64,000 bases of DNA from Octopus vulgaris (GCA_951406725.2 OX597819.1:93682001-93746000), one strand, 5' to 3'; positions 26,591 to 41,000 are shown, numbered from the stretch's first letter. Numbers and translations: made by a program. The notes: generated by a model not told the origin, from the letters alone.

Positions 26591-27945
26591 GAATCCTTGT
26601 TGAAACTCTTTGGTATAGATTTTCTTTTGTCTTATTTGTTTTTTTTTTCTTCTCAGTCTTCATCAGTCCCAACACAAAGTCTGCAACCACCCTTATCACA
26701 AGCATCTGACATTTCTGTTTTTGTTAAATACAGATTTAATTTCCGTTTCGTGCTCACCAGAGAGGTAGGCTAGCACCCAATTGGATATTAGGCTTTCTGA
26801 AGTCTGAGCCTTCTTCATTTCGTCATATACCTTCATGGCACTTATTTTGTTATTTCACATAGACTCATCCTGTAGCTTCTTGAATATGACCGTTTAAATT
26901 ACCAGTTATAATATTACAATATTGTTGGAATTAATTCTTGAGATAGACTGCTCCAGATAGACTTATAGAGTCAGTGTTTTTTTACTTGTTTTATCATTTC
27001 TTTGTTTGGGTTTTTCTTTTCTGTTCTTGGGTTTTTTGGGTTTTTTTGCGACACCAATAATAACCTTACTTGTAGGGCATATATAGAGGTCATGATTACA
27101 GTCACATTGACTATTGTTATGAGTTTAATTATTGTATGAAGTCTTGGACTCCTTGAATCAAAGAAACCCCTGCACAGTCATTGAACTTGCTAGAAAAAAT
27201 CAGTCTAATCTCTCTCAAATCTCACTCTACCATCCTAGAAGACAAAAATGCACATTTTATATTCTAATCAAGGTTATAATATGTCTATATCAGGCTAAGG
27301 CAGTGAGCTGGCAGAATGATTAGCATGCTGGGCAAAATGCTTAACAACCTATCTTTACATTTTAAGTTCAAATTCTGCCATGGTCGACTTTGCCTTTCAT
27401 CTTTTCAAGGGTCTATAAAATAAGTACCAGTTGAGCCCTAGGGTCGATGTAACTTACTTGCCCTCTCTGACCTTATACCAAAATTTGCTGACCTTATTGC
27501 CAAAATTTGAAACCAATATGGCTTGAGGAAGCATTGGCAACTATTTTCTTGAAGTAGGCCCCATGAGACTTGGTTCATCATTAGGCAAGCCACACTACCA
27601 AAAACATTAATGGAAATTTTTCAGTAAGTGTACCATTCTGAAGGTCCCACAGGCCACAAGATGCATATGACTGATCAAGAAAAAATAGCATGATGGTCAC
27701 AGAATGTTTTGAATTATAGGCTTGTCAAGGGTGGAACACTTTTGGTCATAAGTCTGCTCTGTTAGGGTCAATATGGGATTAAGTAACTCTGATATATTAC
27801 ACATATCCCCTCAACTGTTCTATGACTAGGTTATCTTAACCAGCTCACCAAATATAGTTTTCATCATACCAGCCTTATGCGACACCTGAAATGAAGAACA
27901 TGACAAGAACTATTTTACAGTTTTTGGTAGAATTGCCTGAAGGCT

Positions 27946-28085
27946 TGTGTGTGTGTGTGTGTGTGTTGTGTGTATATGTATGTGTATGTGTGTGTGTGGT
28001 GTATGTGTGTGCACATGCATGTGTGCACATGTGAGTGAGCATATGTGTGTGTGAGTGCTTGTGCAAGTGTGTGTGAGCATGAGTG

Positions 28086-28140
<55 letters not shown>
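27946..28140. repeat. (TG)n-rich microsatellite; similar tract at 30661-30805
   Basis: Directly visible. Confidence 0.95.
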
Positions 28141-28142
<2 letters not shown>

Positions 28143-28989
28143 TGAATGAGTGAGATGCCCTTGTATTGTCATTGCTATTTAGCCCCACGTTAACCCTGAG
28201 AGATCAGAACTATGATCAGAGTATCTCCTCAGGGTATCTCAGGGAACGTGGCATATGTAGGACAACATTATCAATGTATCCTTTCCTTCTAAATTCAGTA
28301 GAGTGAGATTAGAGAAAAATTTGGTTGTCATTTCTAGCTACTCAAATGATCGCACTAAGAGTTGGCTTAAAGTGTTGGCTCATCTCACATGCAAACAGGT
28401 ATGTATGCATAAGTAAGTGTTGGACTGTGCACAGGTGTATATGTACCATGTAACTGTACCATGTATATGCAATTTGTATGTACTGAACCACAGCTTATTT
28501 ATTGCAAAGCTAATTACAATAAATAAAAAAAAGAATTGCTAAATATAATACTTTGTAGTTATATGTTTGGGTTTCTACTGCTTTCTCTGCCAAAAACTTG
28601 TTGCCTCATGCACAATAATCCATAGTGATTGGACTCAAAGCTCTGCCTTGCATATTTGATTTGACGTAAACACTACACAAATCTTCTCATATTAGCATTG
28701 ACTGTAACATTTTAAATAGCATTTTGTGCTACACAAAAATTCTTACTGATAAGATCATTTTCTTTTCCAACAAAAACCAAGTTTTGCTTTTTATTCTACT
28801 ACTATTGTTATTATTATTATCAGTATTATTATCATTGTTGTTGTTGTTGTTGTTGTGTTTTGTATGAGCTGGTCTAAGTCTCACCTAAAGACCTAAGTAA
28901 CAGCAAGTTGGACATTTTACTATGGGTGTTATTTATAATTAGCAATGGTATATTGTAGAAAGAGGGGGAACCAGATTCTGAGAACTAAG

Positions 28990-29013
28990 ATTATTATTTT
29001 TATTATTATTATA

Positions 29014-29068
<55 letters not shown>
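28990..29068. repeat. (ATT)n microsatellite
   Basis: Directly visible; abuts an S2 SINE head. Confidence 0.95.
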
Positions 29069-29069
<1 letters not shown>

Positions 29070-29935
29070 GGTGGTGAGCTGGCAAAATCATTAGTACACT
29101 AGGTGAAATGCTTAATGGTATTTCACACATTGCTACGTTCTGAGTTCAAATTCCGCTGAGGTTGACTTCGCCTTTCATCCTTTCGGGGTCAGCAAATTAA
29201 GTAGCAGTGAAACACTGTGCTCAATGTAATCAACTAGTCCCCATCCCCCAAAATTATTATTATTACGTTCTGAGTTCAAATCCTACTGAGGCCAACTTTG
29301 CCTTTCATCCTTTAGTAGAAAGGATTATTATTATTATTTCATTTGTTGGAGTAAATTCCTAACATTGGGCTACAAAAAGTAACCTTAGATGCCAAAAACC
29401 TTCCTAAGTATGCTAGCTGTCCCTAATAACACTATTATTTGGAGCTGTACTAAACTAGGTTTTATGCCTATTTCCCCTCTCAAATTGTCCCTGAATAAGG
29501 ATATTTAAGGACGATGAATGAAACACCCATCTTTCAACGGGTGAATTATTCAAACCCCAATTAATTCCTCTCAAAACATGGCTATGGTGCTCTCCCACTA
29601 CACCTGCTCATGATCAGAGATGCACATATCATTAGCCACTAAGGTTCAACTAGTTACGGTCAAGCAACTGACAAGCATATCTGTGGTATCGAGCAGAATA
29701 TTTGCTGTAGCCCATCTTTTGCAACAAGACAGAACATATACATGATAACACTTTCAATCATAACTGAACAGAAGCCACCAGAGCCACTACCTGGTATTGC
29801 ATCCAGGCGTTGCATCATCATCATCCTCATCATCATCATTATTATTATTACGTCTTTATTTCCTTAGTAAAAAATCTAATATTTAACAGAAATCTTATTT
29901 TCAACAAAGTCATAACCAAGACCATAGAAACACCA

Positions 29936-29968
<33 letters not shown>

Positions 29969-30008
29969 TAAATATATATATACATACATACATACATATA
30001 TATATATA

Positions 30009-30039
<31 letters not shown>

Positions 30040-30085
30040 TCAACAGCAAAATTATATATATATATATATATATATTCAACAGCAA

Positions 30086-30133
<48 letters not shown>

Positions 30134-30703
30134 GTGTATATATATATGTATATATATATATGTGTATATGTATATATATATGTGTGTATATATATATGTG
30201 TATATATATATATATGTATGTATATATATATGGTAGATCTACTGCACACAAATTATTAACACTAAGTTCATTTTCTTTTTTCAATAAGGACTAAGATTTT
30301 CGTTTTTGTTCTGTTTTATTTATTCGTTTCCAAAGTAAAATATACTTAACAGAAAATTTTAATTTTAACGCGCTCGGAACCAAGACCATGAAAACATCAA
30401 AATGTAAATACAGAAGAGACGCCATATGAAATTTCTTGTAAAGTCTAAGCAAAATAATTACATATCAAACTAGAATTAATATTCCATGTTTGTCAGCAGG
30501 GGTTATTTTTACCATGATGTATATTAAAGACCGAAAGTATCGAATAAAAAACTTAAGTGTTATTCATATATAATAATGATATTCTCTTAAGTGAAGTTGA
30601 CAACAGACTTTAGAAAATTTTCATTCATGGTTACCATTGTTTTACTTAGCAAATGGAATATGTGTACGTGTGTGTGCACGTGTGTGTGCACGTGTGTGTG
30701 CAC

Positions 30704-30734
<31 letters not shown>

Positions 30735-30755
30735 TGTGTGCGTGCGTGTGTGTCT

Positions 30756-30794
<39 letters not shown>

Positions 30795-32145
30795 CGTGTG
30801 TGTGAAAGATATGTTTTGCAACTTTAGGCAGATGAGAGTATGCATATATATATATATATATATGTAAGTCTGAGTGCATGTATGTATATATGTATATATG
30901 CATGCATACATGTCTGCATATTTATATATATATATATGTCTATGTCTGTATGTGTGTATTTTAATAGAAACTCAATCTTCTGTAAAAATTCTCTTTTACA
31001 GACTTCTCAATTTCTATCGTCTTTCTTTGTGTGTGTGTGTGAGCATATACAATGTATTGTGTATTTATACATATATACAATTTATACACAAGTTTTGTAT
31101 ATGTACACATAAACTTTGTACATGTACACACACTTTTTGTATATCTTCAAATATATGAATTACATGTTTATATATGTGTGTATATATATATATACATACA
31201 TATATATATGTATATGTATACACACACACACATACACATATATAAATATATATATATATAAACATGTCTTTCGTATGTTTACACACACAGTCATATTGCA
31301 TATAAACTAACACACTCAGGCAAAGCCTGGGAAGAGGTAGTAAGTAAGGTTGGATATTATATATATTATGTCACCCACACATTTCCTTTCATACATCAAT
31401 TACTATCATACCGTTACCTTACTTCCAAGTACATGCCAACGCAAGCACATGATAACCTACCTTCATTTCTGTTTAACATACAGGAATCATCTACATAGAA
31501 TTTAGACACACATATTCTAGATTTGCAAAGCTTCTTCTTAAACAGAAACTTCAAGAACCATCATCCGGTGTGGACAGGTTAAGCTATCTACTTCAACAAA
31601 ATTTCAGCAGCACTAAGATACAGTCACCAAAAATATCTAGAGTTTTGCATTACAATGTCTAGCTAAAGGTCTCAGAGGTCTGGTGCTGCCAGATTGGCTC
31701 CCATGCTGGTGGCATGTAAAAAGTACCATATGGGCATGGTCAATGTCAGTGCTGCTGGACTGCCTCATGTGCCAGTGGCACATAAAAAGTACTATTCGAG
31801 CATGGTCGATGCTGGTGCCACCTGACTGACCCCCATGCCAGTGGTATGTAAAATGCACCCACTATACTCTTGGAGTGGTTCGCGCTAGGAAGGGTATCCA
31901 GCTGCAGAAACCTTGACAAAACAGATTGGAGCTCAGTGCAACCTCCTGGCTTGCCAGTCTTGTTAAACTGTCCAATCTAAGCCAGCATGAAAAACGGATG
32001 TTAAACGACAATGACGATGGGATAATGATGATGATGATGATATATATATATATATTATATTAAAAGAAAAAGGACAACAAACACCAAGGCAGAACAGGTA
32101 TCTCAAATCCTTTAGAATATTTAAATAGGGTAAGGTGAATTTGAA

Positions 32146-32221
32146 GTCTTACAGCTGTTTCTGAGATATCCCAAGTGATAGGTTAACCTGTCTGTACATT
32201 GGGTTTTCCATCATCTAAGAC
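32146..32221 (-). ncRNA. Hammerhead-like relic with long stem II in a Penelope-like terminal module
   Basis: Minus strand gtct TAGATGA tgg..aacccaa...ttgggat..ca GAAA CAGCTG TA agac; perfect ACAGCTGT palindrome, stem I gtct/agac, two core mismatches. Confidence 0.5.
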
Positions 32222-34677
32222 AAGGTGAGTATGTTTGAAAAATCTTTTCCTCTAATACAATATATACCTGCTAACTCAGAAGCCTAATACGGATCCCTAA
32301 CTCCACCCTCAGCTGTGAACATCGTCATCATCATCATCGTTTAATGTTCATTTTCCATGCTAGCATGGGTTTGACGGTTTGACAGAGGTCTGGAGAGCCA
32401 GCGGTTGCGCCATGCTTGAATCTGATCTGGTGATTTTCTACAACTGGATGCCCTTCCTGAGGTCAACCACTTGAAAAGTGTAGTGGATGCTCTTTACGTG
32501 CCTCTGGCACAGGAGTCAATCGGGCAGGCCTAGCAGTGATCATGTTCAGATGGTGTTTATTATGTACCACCGGCACAGGAGCCCTTGTGTATGGTTTGGT
32601 CAACTGGACCTCTGCTGGAATATGTATATGTACATGCATTTTAGTGCATGTGCGACCACATGCATGTTTGTTTTAATATATCTGTGTATGTGTGTAGGTG
32701 TGTGTATACATGTGTATTGAAATAATTGGTTAATTCTCTTAAAAGAATTGAAAAATCTTTGTAAACCTAGGTGTGGTTGTGTGGCTGTGTGGTAAGAAGC
32801 TTGCTTCCCAACCACATGGTTCCAGGTTCAGTCTCACTGTGTAACACCTTGGGTAAGTGTCTTCAACTATAGCCTTAGGCTAACCAAAATCTTGTAAGTG
32901 GATTTGGTAGATGGAAACAGAAAGAAGCTCATCAGGTGTGTGTGTGTGTGTGTGTCTTTGTGTCTGAGGAGTCCCCCATCACTGCTTGACAACTGGTGTT
33001 GTGTTTACGTCACTGTAACCTAGTGGTTCAGCAAAAGAGACCAATTGAGTAAGTACCAGGTTTAAAATAGAATTAAGTACTAGGGTCGATTCATTTAACT
33101 AGAATTGCTTCAAGACGGTGCCCCAGCATGGCCACAGTCTAATGACTGAAACAAGTAAAAAATAAAAGATCTGTAAAAATGCCTTTAACAGTACAGACAC
33201 CTAAAGATCAACAGGACAAAATTTAAAGTGCCAGTTAGCAAACCAAGAATACAAAACATGAACACTAGCAAAGAAGTAGCCTTACTTGCTATGTTAAGGG
33301 GATAGATCTGTTATCAATAATGCAAGCTCACTAAAAGTATTGTCTATACAAATGTGACAGTGAAATCTTTAATGTCAGACAAACAGCGAACAAGATATTT
33401 TAATATTATAGTTGTGATACCTGTGCCGGTGGCACATAAAAAGCACCATCCGTATGTGGCCGATGCCAGCGCTGCCTTGACTGGCTTCTGTGCCAGTGGC
33501 ACGTAAAAAGCACCATCCGAACGTGGCTGATGCCAGCCTTCCCTGGCACCTGTGCCGGTGGCACGTAAAAAGCACCCACTACACTCACGGAGTGGTTGGC
33601 GTTAGGAAGGGCATCCAGCTGTAGAAACACTGCTAGATCAAACTGGAGCCTGGTGCAGCCTCCTGGCTTCCCAGATGCCAATCGAACCGTCCAACCCATG
33701 CTAGCAAGGAAAACGGATGTTAAACGATGATGATGATAATGATGATGACATGCACAAAAATAGTAAACAGTAGGAACACCAAATTAAGGAGCAGGGGTAG
33801 TTAATATTAGATTTACTCTGTGAAATTCCCAGACAGCTGAGTAGATCTATTTGATAGTGTGTGTTAGCTAGGTGAACTAATTAGTTTTAACAAGAGTTCA
33901 AGCAGTGGAATAAATTTTATGTTGTGAGAAAGAAGAACTTAATGTTTTGCACAGAACCCCTTGCTGGAAAGGAATCAGATGTTTACTGATGCTGCAAAAT
34001 AAATAAATTTTACCTGTAACTCAAGTAAACATTTCTTCTCTCTACCCCTCTCTTTCTCTCTCTCTGTTACCAATTAAAAGTTCTTTCAAAAATGTTAGTC
34101 TTCCCTGCTTCCTCACTGCAGTATTTACTAAAGCAAAAGGTCACTGGATGCTTCTGATTTTAACTGTTTTTATTAATTAATATCAACTGATTTATAGGCA
34201 GCAAGCTGGCAGAAACGTTAGCATGCCAGGCGAAATGCTTAGCAGTATTTCATCTGTCTTTACATTCTGAGTTCAAATTCCGCTGAGTCGACTTTGCTTT
34301 TCATCCTCTCGGGAGTCAATAAATTAAGTACCAGTTGTGTACTGGTGTCGATCTAATCCACTGCCCCCCCCCCCCCCGCTAGAGTAGAAAAGAATATTAA
34401 CTGATTTAGAGGTATTTCATCCAGCTTTATGTTTCAAGTTCAAATCATGCTCATGTCAATTTTGCCTTTGATCCTTATGGTGTCGTTTAAAACAAGTACC
34501 AGTTGAGCACTGGGGTCGATGCTATTGACTTACCCACTGCCTCAAAATTGCTGGCTTTGAACCAACATTTGAAACAAATACTGATTTACTAATTAATATT
34601 AGAGTACTAATTACTACTAAGTTGGCTGCAGGAAAATGTATTGGGTAAATTAGCAGAATTGCTAAGGCATCAGAGGA

Positions 34678-34911
34678 GGAATTACAACCGTGTTTCACGG
34701 TCTGCTACCACAACAGCTCCTTTATGGGATCCAGTTAGCTCAAGACATCATCAAGAGGAACCACATCCAGTTTCGGCCCCTACTCCTTTACCGTTTTGAC
34801 ATGGCAGGGCCCTCCCCTTTCCTTTTGGTAGTGTCTTCAGCTCTGGTGTTGGGTGCATGTCTTCTTTCTTCTTCTTTCTTCTGTTCCCTGGCCTTTTCGA
34901 TGTATCACCAG
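34678..34911 (-). mobile_element. Unclassified ~220-bp element, copy 1 (several hammerhead half-cores)
   Basis: Clear homology to 53457-53673; no TIR or pol III boxes seen. Confidence 0.75.
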
Positions 34912-35779
34912 CAAGTGTCAGCCGGTGATAGAATTATTTGAGGCATTTGTTGCCTCTTTATGTCCTGAGTTCATATGCTACCAAAGTCAATTTATTGTTC
35001 ATTCTTCTGGGTCTTTAAAATAAACTGTCAAGCCAGGATAGTAGCTTAGAGGAATTGATAGACCATCAGACAAAATATTTTGCAATATTTGTATAGGTTC
35101 TTTACATTCTGAGTTCCCAGGTACCTCTGATGAATTTGTCTATGTCTAGCCAACAACATGATGCCTTGTAAAAAATTTACCAGAAGGATGGCAATAATAC
35201 ATCTCACCTTTTAAATGCATGGCATTTATCAAAGAAGTCACCAGGGGTCGTTCATCACTTAGATGATGTAACGAAAGAGAAAGCATAGTTATGATAGCAA
35301 TGAAGGAACAGGAGAAGAAAACAGATGAGGTGAGAATGATTTGCTAAAAGTACAAGGTAAATCTGAATGAAAGGTGTAGAAAAAGTAACACCTGAGTGAC
35401 AGTTAAGTGTTGTAAAATTTAGCCAATGCATGCAGGTGAATTAACATTGTAGATATAGGTATGTTATGGAATAGAACAATGAATTCTGTAGAGGAAATGG
35501 TCAAGTGATGTGAAACCTTACGATGTTTGGCTTCCAAAATATGAAGAGGTTGAAATAAAAGGTGACGTAATTGATGTTATAAACTTGTCATTCTGTGCCC
35601 AGCATGAAAAAATGAAAATTAATGCATTAATGATGATGGTAATTTGGCTCTATGCAACTTTGTGGGCTCATCATACGTTTTGTGGGCTCATTATACGAAC
35701 CACATCAGGCTTAGGCTACCTAAGTTCCATGGAGCTGAACCAAACTGTTTTTAAATAATATATGTAACTCCAACTACAT

Positions 35780-36110
35780 GTGTTGAATTCCACTTTCTTT
35801 AGATTGTCCACTCACTCATATGTGACAACCTTGTTTGGAGGAAGGACTGGGCGCTGGGTGTAATGATTAAAGAAAAAATGCCTAGGGTGGGCAGTGATAT
35901 AAGTGATAGGAAGAGAAGGGATGAGTGAAATAAGAATGTCTAAGAGAGGTAAACATGGGGTTAACCAGCCAGCTCAGAGAAGCAAAGGCCACTACAGTTG
36001 TAGTACAGAAACTAGAGTGAAGAGATGGCTTGTTGATGAGCCAAAGAATAGCAGGTGTTGGTGAGTAGTATTTCCTTCGATTCAGTCTAGAATGCAACAA
36101 CATTCACTGT
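35780..36110 (-). mobile_element. Possible old CR1-type LINE 3' fragment
   Basis: Minus-strand GLCFSELAG resembles the G.CS.EL motif downstream of the CR1 RT domain; otherwise heavily decayed. Confidence 0.35.
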
Positions 36111-37401
36111 GCTGTGACACATGAATTATTCTTATGTACCATTTATCTCTTCCTATTATTCACCATCAGACAAAACCAGAATGGAATCCTATTATAATCC
36201 TTCTTTATATGAACATATTGCAAAAGGCTTTTTAGTTCCTTATTTATTCATTTTTGCATTTTCTATCGCATTTTTGTGAACAGCGTGTTATTGCTTCCAG
36301 GTTTAAAATGAGACAATTGCTAGCTCACTGGAATTTTAATGGAGAAAGAGAGAGACAAAGGATTGCTGGGCCAATTCGCCAATTTGGGTGGATAGGAACA
36401 AATAGATATAATGTATTATACTTTGAAAGCATCACATTTTTGTTTTTCTTCACAAAGACTATGTATCTTTACATCTTTCATCAATATACATGTATCAGTG
36501 AAAAATACATATAGATATATATAAGTGCATGCATATATATGTGTATGTAGGCATGGCTGTGTGGTAAGAAGGTGCAGATGTGGCTGTGTGGTAAGAAGAT
36601 TGCTTCCCAACCACATGGTACCAGGTTCAGTCTCACTGTGTGGCCCCTTAGGCAAGTGTCTTCTACTATAACCTCAGGCCAACCAAGCCTTATGAGTGGA
36701 TAAGGTAGACAGAAACTGAAAGAATCTGTCGTGTATGTGTGTGTGTGTGTGCATGTGTGTTTGTGTGTGTGTGTGCATGTGTGTTTGTATCTGTGTTTGC
36801 ATCTGTGTTTGTCTCTACATCATCACTTGACAACCGATCGTGGTGTGTTTACAACCCCATAACTTAGCAGTTTGGCAAATAAGACCAATAGAATAAGTAC
36901 CAGGCTTACAAAGAATAAGTCGATATCTTCAACTAAAAGGTGGTACTCCAGCATGGCCACGGTCAAAATAACAGAAACGAGTAAAAGAATAAAAGAATAT
37001 GTATATATTTGTGTATGTATGTATGTATGTATGCATTCATACACACACACACATGTATATATGTGTATCTCCACCACTTCTCTCTCATATTCTGGGTCTT
37101 TTTTATGTGGCATGTAAAATGTAAAAAGCAAACAGTTGAGCTTCGCACAGTCTTCTAACTTTCTAGCCCCTGTCAAAAAACCATCCAACTCATGCCAACA
37201 TGGAAAACAGACATTAAATGATGATGATGATGGTGATCATGATTATATATACATATATAAACATACATATATATATAAATATATATATACACATATATAC
37301 ATATATATACACATATATATAAATATATATAAATGTGTGTGTATATATATATATATTATATATATATATGCATATACGTATATATATGCATATACATATA
37401 T

Positions 37402-38354
37402 AGGCCAAAACTGTAGTGATAATTGGAAGCTCGACTAATGAATAGAAAGCCACGAATGTTCTGTCCTGGTTTTCCTGTCCATCTTTGTATCGTCCATCTG
37501 TCCATATGTTTTCATTGTCATCTGTTAGGTTCTTGTTCCATTTTTGGGATTTATATATACATATAGTGGCATACATACACCTTTTGCTCAGCTTGTAAGT
37601 AAGTATATATCTAAATTCTGTACGACTTTCTTATTTCTTTCCTCTTTTCTTTTTCTCATTTTTTCACTCCACCTCTCTCACTTTCTTTTCATTCTCTTCC
37701 ATTTTCCTTTTCTCGCTCCCCCTCTCACATTTCTTGGCATTCTCTTTCTTTAATCTCTCTATTTTCCTCAGTTATCTTCCTTGTACCTTTCCCTCTCTGT
37801 CTCTCTCTCTCTCTCTCCAGTTCCTTCCCTAATTCTTCAATCCCTCTGCTCCCTACCTCTCTCTGTTCCTCCCATGTGACTGGTGCTTGGCCAAGCATGA
37901 TCTTTCTTTCTTGGCCTAACCACCACTCACACAACACCTTACTTTCCTGTCTCCTGACTTTCATCTATGTTTGTTGCCACAGGGCTTCCACTTCACATGC
38001 CAGCTTAACTTAATTTGTCCTTTTAGTCGAAAGACACTCGTTGTTATTCTTGTTGTTTGTATTTGTAATCATGAAACATTTTCTCCATTTTCTCAGTTTT
38101 TTTTTTGTCCGTGTTGTCGCACATATTCACCGGCTTTCTTCCAAAACTTTAATGCCCTTAGCTGAGCTTTTTGGGTCCTATCAATTTCGAACAGTCTCAA
38201 GTGTAACAGGCTGGAACTGCAGTGATAATTGGAAACTTGATTTATGAATAGAGCGCCACAAATATTCCATCCTGGTTTTCCTGTCCGTCTTTGTATCGTC
38301 CATCTGTCTGTGTGTTTCCATTGTTGTCCATTACATTCTTGTTCCATTTTGGGG

Positions 38355-38357
<3 letters not shown>
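37402..38357 (+). mobile_element. Element bounded by ~150-bp direct repeats (37402-37552 and 38208-38357), both ending in (TA)n
   Basis: Repeats align: actg(t/c)agtgataattggaa...cctggttttcctgtcc.tctttgtatcgtccatctg...ttcttgttccatttt.gggattta. Confidence 0.7.
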
Positions 38358-38392
<35 letters not shown>

Positions 38393-38394
<2 letters not shown>

Positions 38395-38588
38395 CGTTTT
38401 GGGATTTGGTTTGCAAGATTCTTTATATGAGTTTGTGTGTTGAAGCATATTCTATTGTGTCTGGGGAGAGTCATTCTCTTTTAGTGCCTTATTATTTAAC
38501 ACACTCACCGGTAAAATTTCCACTTATTTCTTATTTTTATTTTCTAAAATTTTCGTTGCGTCTTGCAACCTTTTCAATAGTCTTGACT
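38393..38588 (-). mobile_element. Penelope-like terminal module with hammerhead-like motif (38544-38580)
   Basis: Minus strand CTA TTGAAAA g GTTGC aagac GCAAC GAAA AT TT TAG, then ~150 bp, then (TA)n. Confidence 0.45.
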
Positions 38589-38843
38589 CTGTCCGTTATT
38601 TACACTGCGTTCCCTTTTGTTTGTTTGTGCGCATGTGTGTATGCCTTTTTTTTAATCATTATTATTTTTGTTTTATATATATACACACATACATACACAT
38701 ATCACATACTAGTCTGGAACAGAGAGAACTTTCAGAATTGTAGAGGCAGAGAATATGTTGCTGAGTCAGTGATGTTAAGGTAAACACATTCAAGTTCTTT
38801 ATTTTTACCTGTCTGCATATATGTAGATGCATACATGCACACA

Positions 38844-38877
<34 letters not shown>

Positions 38878-39326
38878 TGCACATGCACATGCACACAACT
38901 CACAGTCACACTCACACACATATGGATTAATGAATGAATGGATAAATAGAGAGATTGATAAACAGATATATACCTGTGTGTGTGTGTATATTTATACCTA
39001 TCTAAAAACAGTGCTGTAGTTTGTTTTGTAGTACCTAGGTCCAAAAACTCAGGCATAGAAATACTTAGCTCCACATATATAATTTTTACCTTTTACCTCT
39101 TTCTAGCTTCAGCCATGCTAGAACACTGCCTAGAAGAGATTTAGCTGATATCAACTTTGGTACTTATCTTTTAAGTTGTTTTTTTTTTTAACAGTCTGGT
39201 TTTTTTAACTTTATTGGTTACTTTTGTAGAAATGCTAAGTTACGGGGACCCATGCTAGCATGGAAAGCGGACGTTAAACGATGATGATATACACACACAT
39301 ACATATATATATACATATATATATAT

Positions 39327-39399
<73 letters not shown>

Positions 39400-40072
39400 C
39401 ATATATATCATCATCATTTAATGTCTGTTGTCTATGCTGGCAATGGTTGGACAGTTTGACTGGGATGGCATGTTGGAAGGCTGCACCAGGCTCCAGTCTG
39501 ACTTGGCATGGTTTCCTATGGCTGGATGCTCTTCCTAACACCAACCACTCCAAGTGTGTAATGGTTACTGTTACATGCCATTGGCATGGATGCCATTTGC
39601 GCAACACCCGAGTGTGTTTACATGACACCAGCACAGGTGCCAATTTGCATGACACCGGTATCTGCTGCAACTGCAATTTTGCTTGGCTTGATGGATCTTC
39701 TTCACAGGCACAACGTAATGCCAAAGGTATTGGTCATTTTCCTCCGGGAGGCCCATCACTCAAAAGGAAGGATATATATATATATATATATATTATCATT
39801 CTCATCTTTTAGCATCTGTTATCCATGCTGGTATGGGTTGGACGATTTGACCATTCTGGCAAACTGGAAGACTGCACCAGACTCTAAGAGTGTAATGGGT
39901 GCTTTTACATTCCACCAGCACAGGTGCCATTTGCATGACAACGGTATCTGCCAGAAGTGCAATTTTACTTGGCTTGATGGATGTTCTCAAGCACAGAATA
40001 GTGCCAAAAGTCTCAGCCTTCGTCATTGTTGCATATTTATATATACATATATTTATATATACATATATATAT

Positions 40073-40113
<41 letters not shown>

Positions 40114-40779
40114 TTGAGTTGTGGGATATATATATATATATATACATATATTATATATATATATACACATACATATATACATACATATATATATATATCA
40201 ATTAGAAAAAAAAAACACTTTTTATCAATTCATATATATGTTTATATATACATAAAATACATACATAAACACATGTTGATTATGGGTCTGCTATGTTCTG
40301 GTTGATATGGGTCTAGGCTAAACATTAGATTCAACAACAAACTCTGTATTCCAGTTGCCACAAACACAGCACACATCTCTCTTTTTAGTTCTAGGGTATT
40401 CTTCAGATTTAACTTGTAATGAAATTGGTTACATAGTTTTTGCTTATACTTGCCACTTACGTAGCTAATATAAATCATAGCTAATGCACAGGTGCCAACA
40501 ATTTGCCAGAGATAAACACCTATGCAATGTTTTTGAATTAGTGATCTCATTTGCTTACTATGTGAAATGTGAAAAGTTCAAGTTTATCAACAAAATTTCA
40601 AATACAGTTTTGCGAGAGTAATCTGTGCATAAGATTTGTGTATAGGCATGTATGTATGTGTACATAACATGATGGATGCGCAATATACATATATACAAAT
40701 GTGTGTGTGTGATATATATACATACATACATATATATACATAAGCATACATACACATGCACAGACACATACACACACAC

Positions 40780-40812
<33 letters not shown>

Positions 40813-40906
40813 CACAAACACCTATATGCACACATGTATGTGTGTGTGCAATTATGTACATATGTATATACATATATATATATATGTATATACATGTATG
40901 TATATA

Positions 40907-40937
<31 letters not shown>

Positions 40938-40953
40938 GTATATATACATATAC

Positions 40954-41000
<47 letters not shown>

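Noticed and set aside
26364-26773. Gly-rich and His-rich ORFs
   Set aside because: Trinucleotide expansion at the tail of a partial S3 element
29495-29812. Complex-looking ~320-bp block, possibly an RNA-derived repeat
   Set aside because: Single copy in this window and I could not match it to any snRNA, rRNA or 7SL sequence by eye
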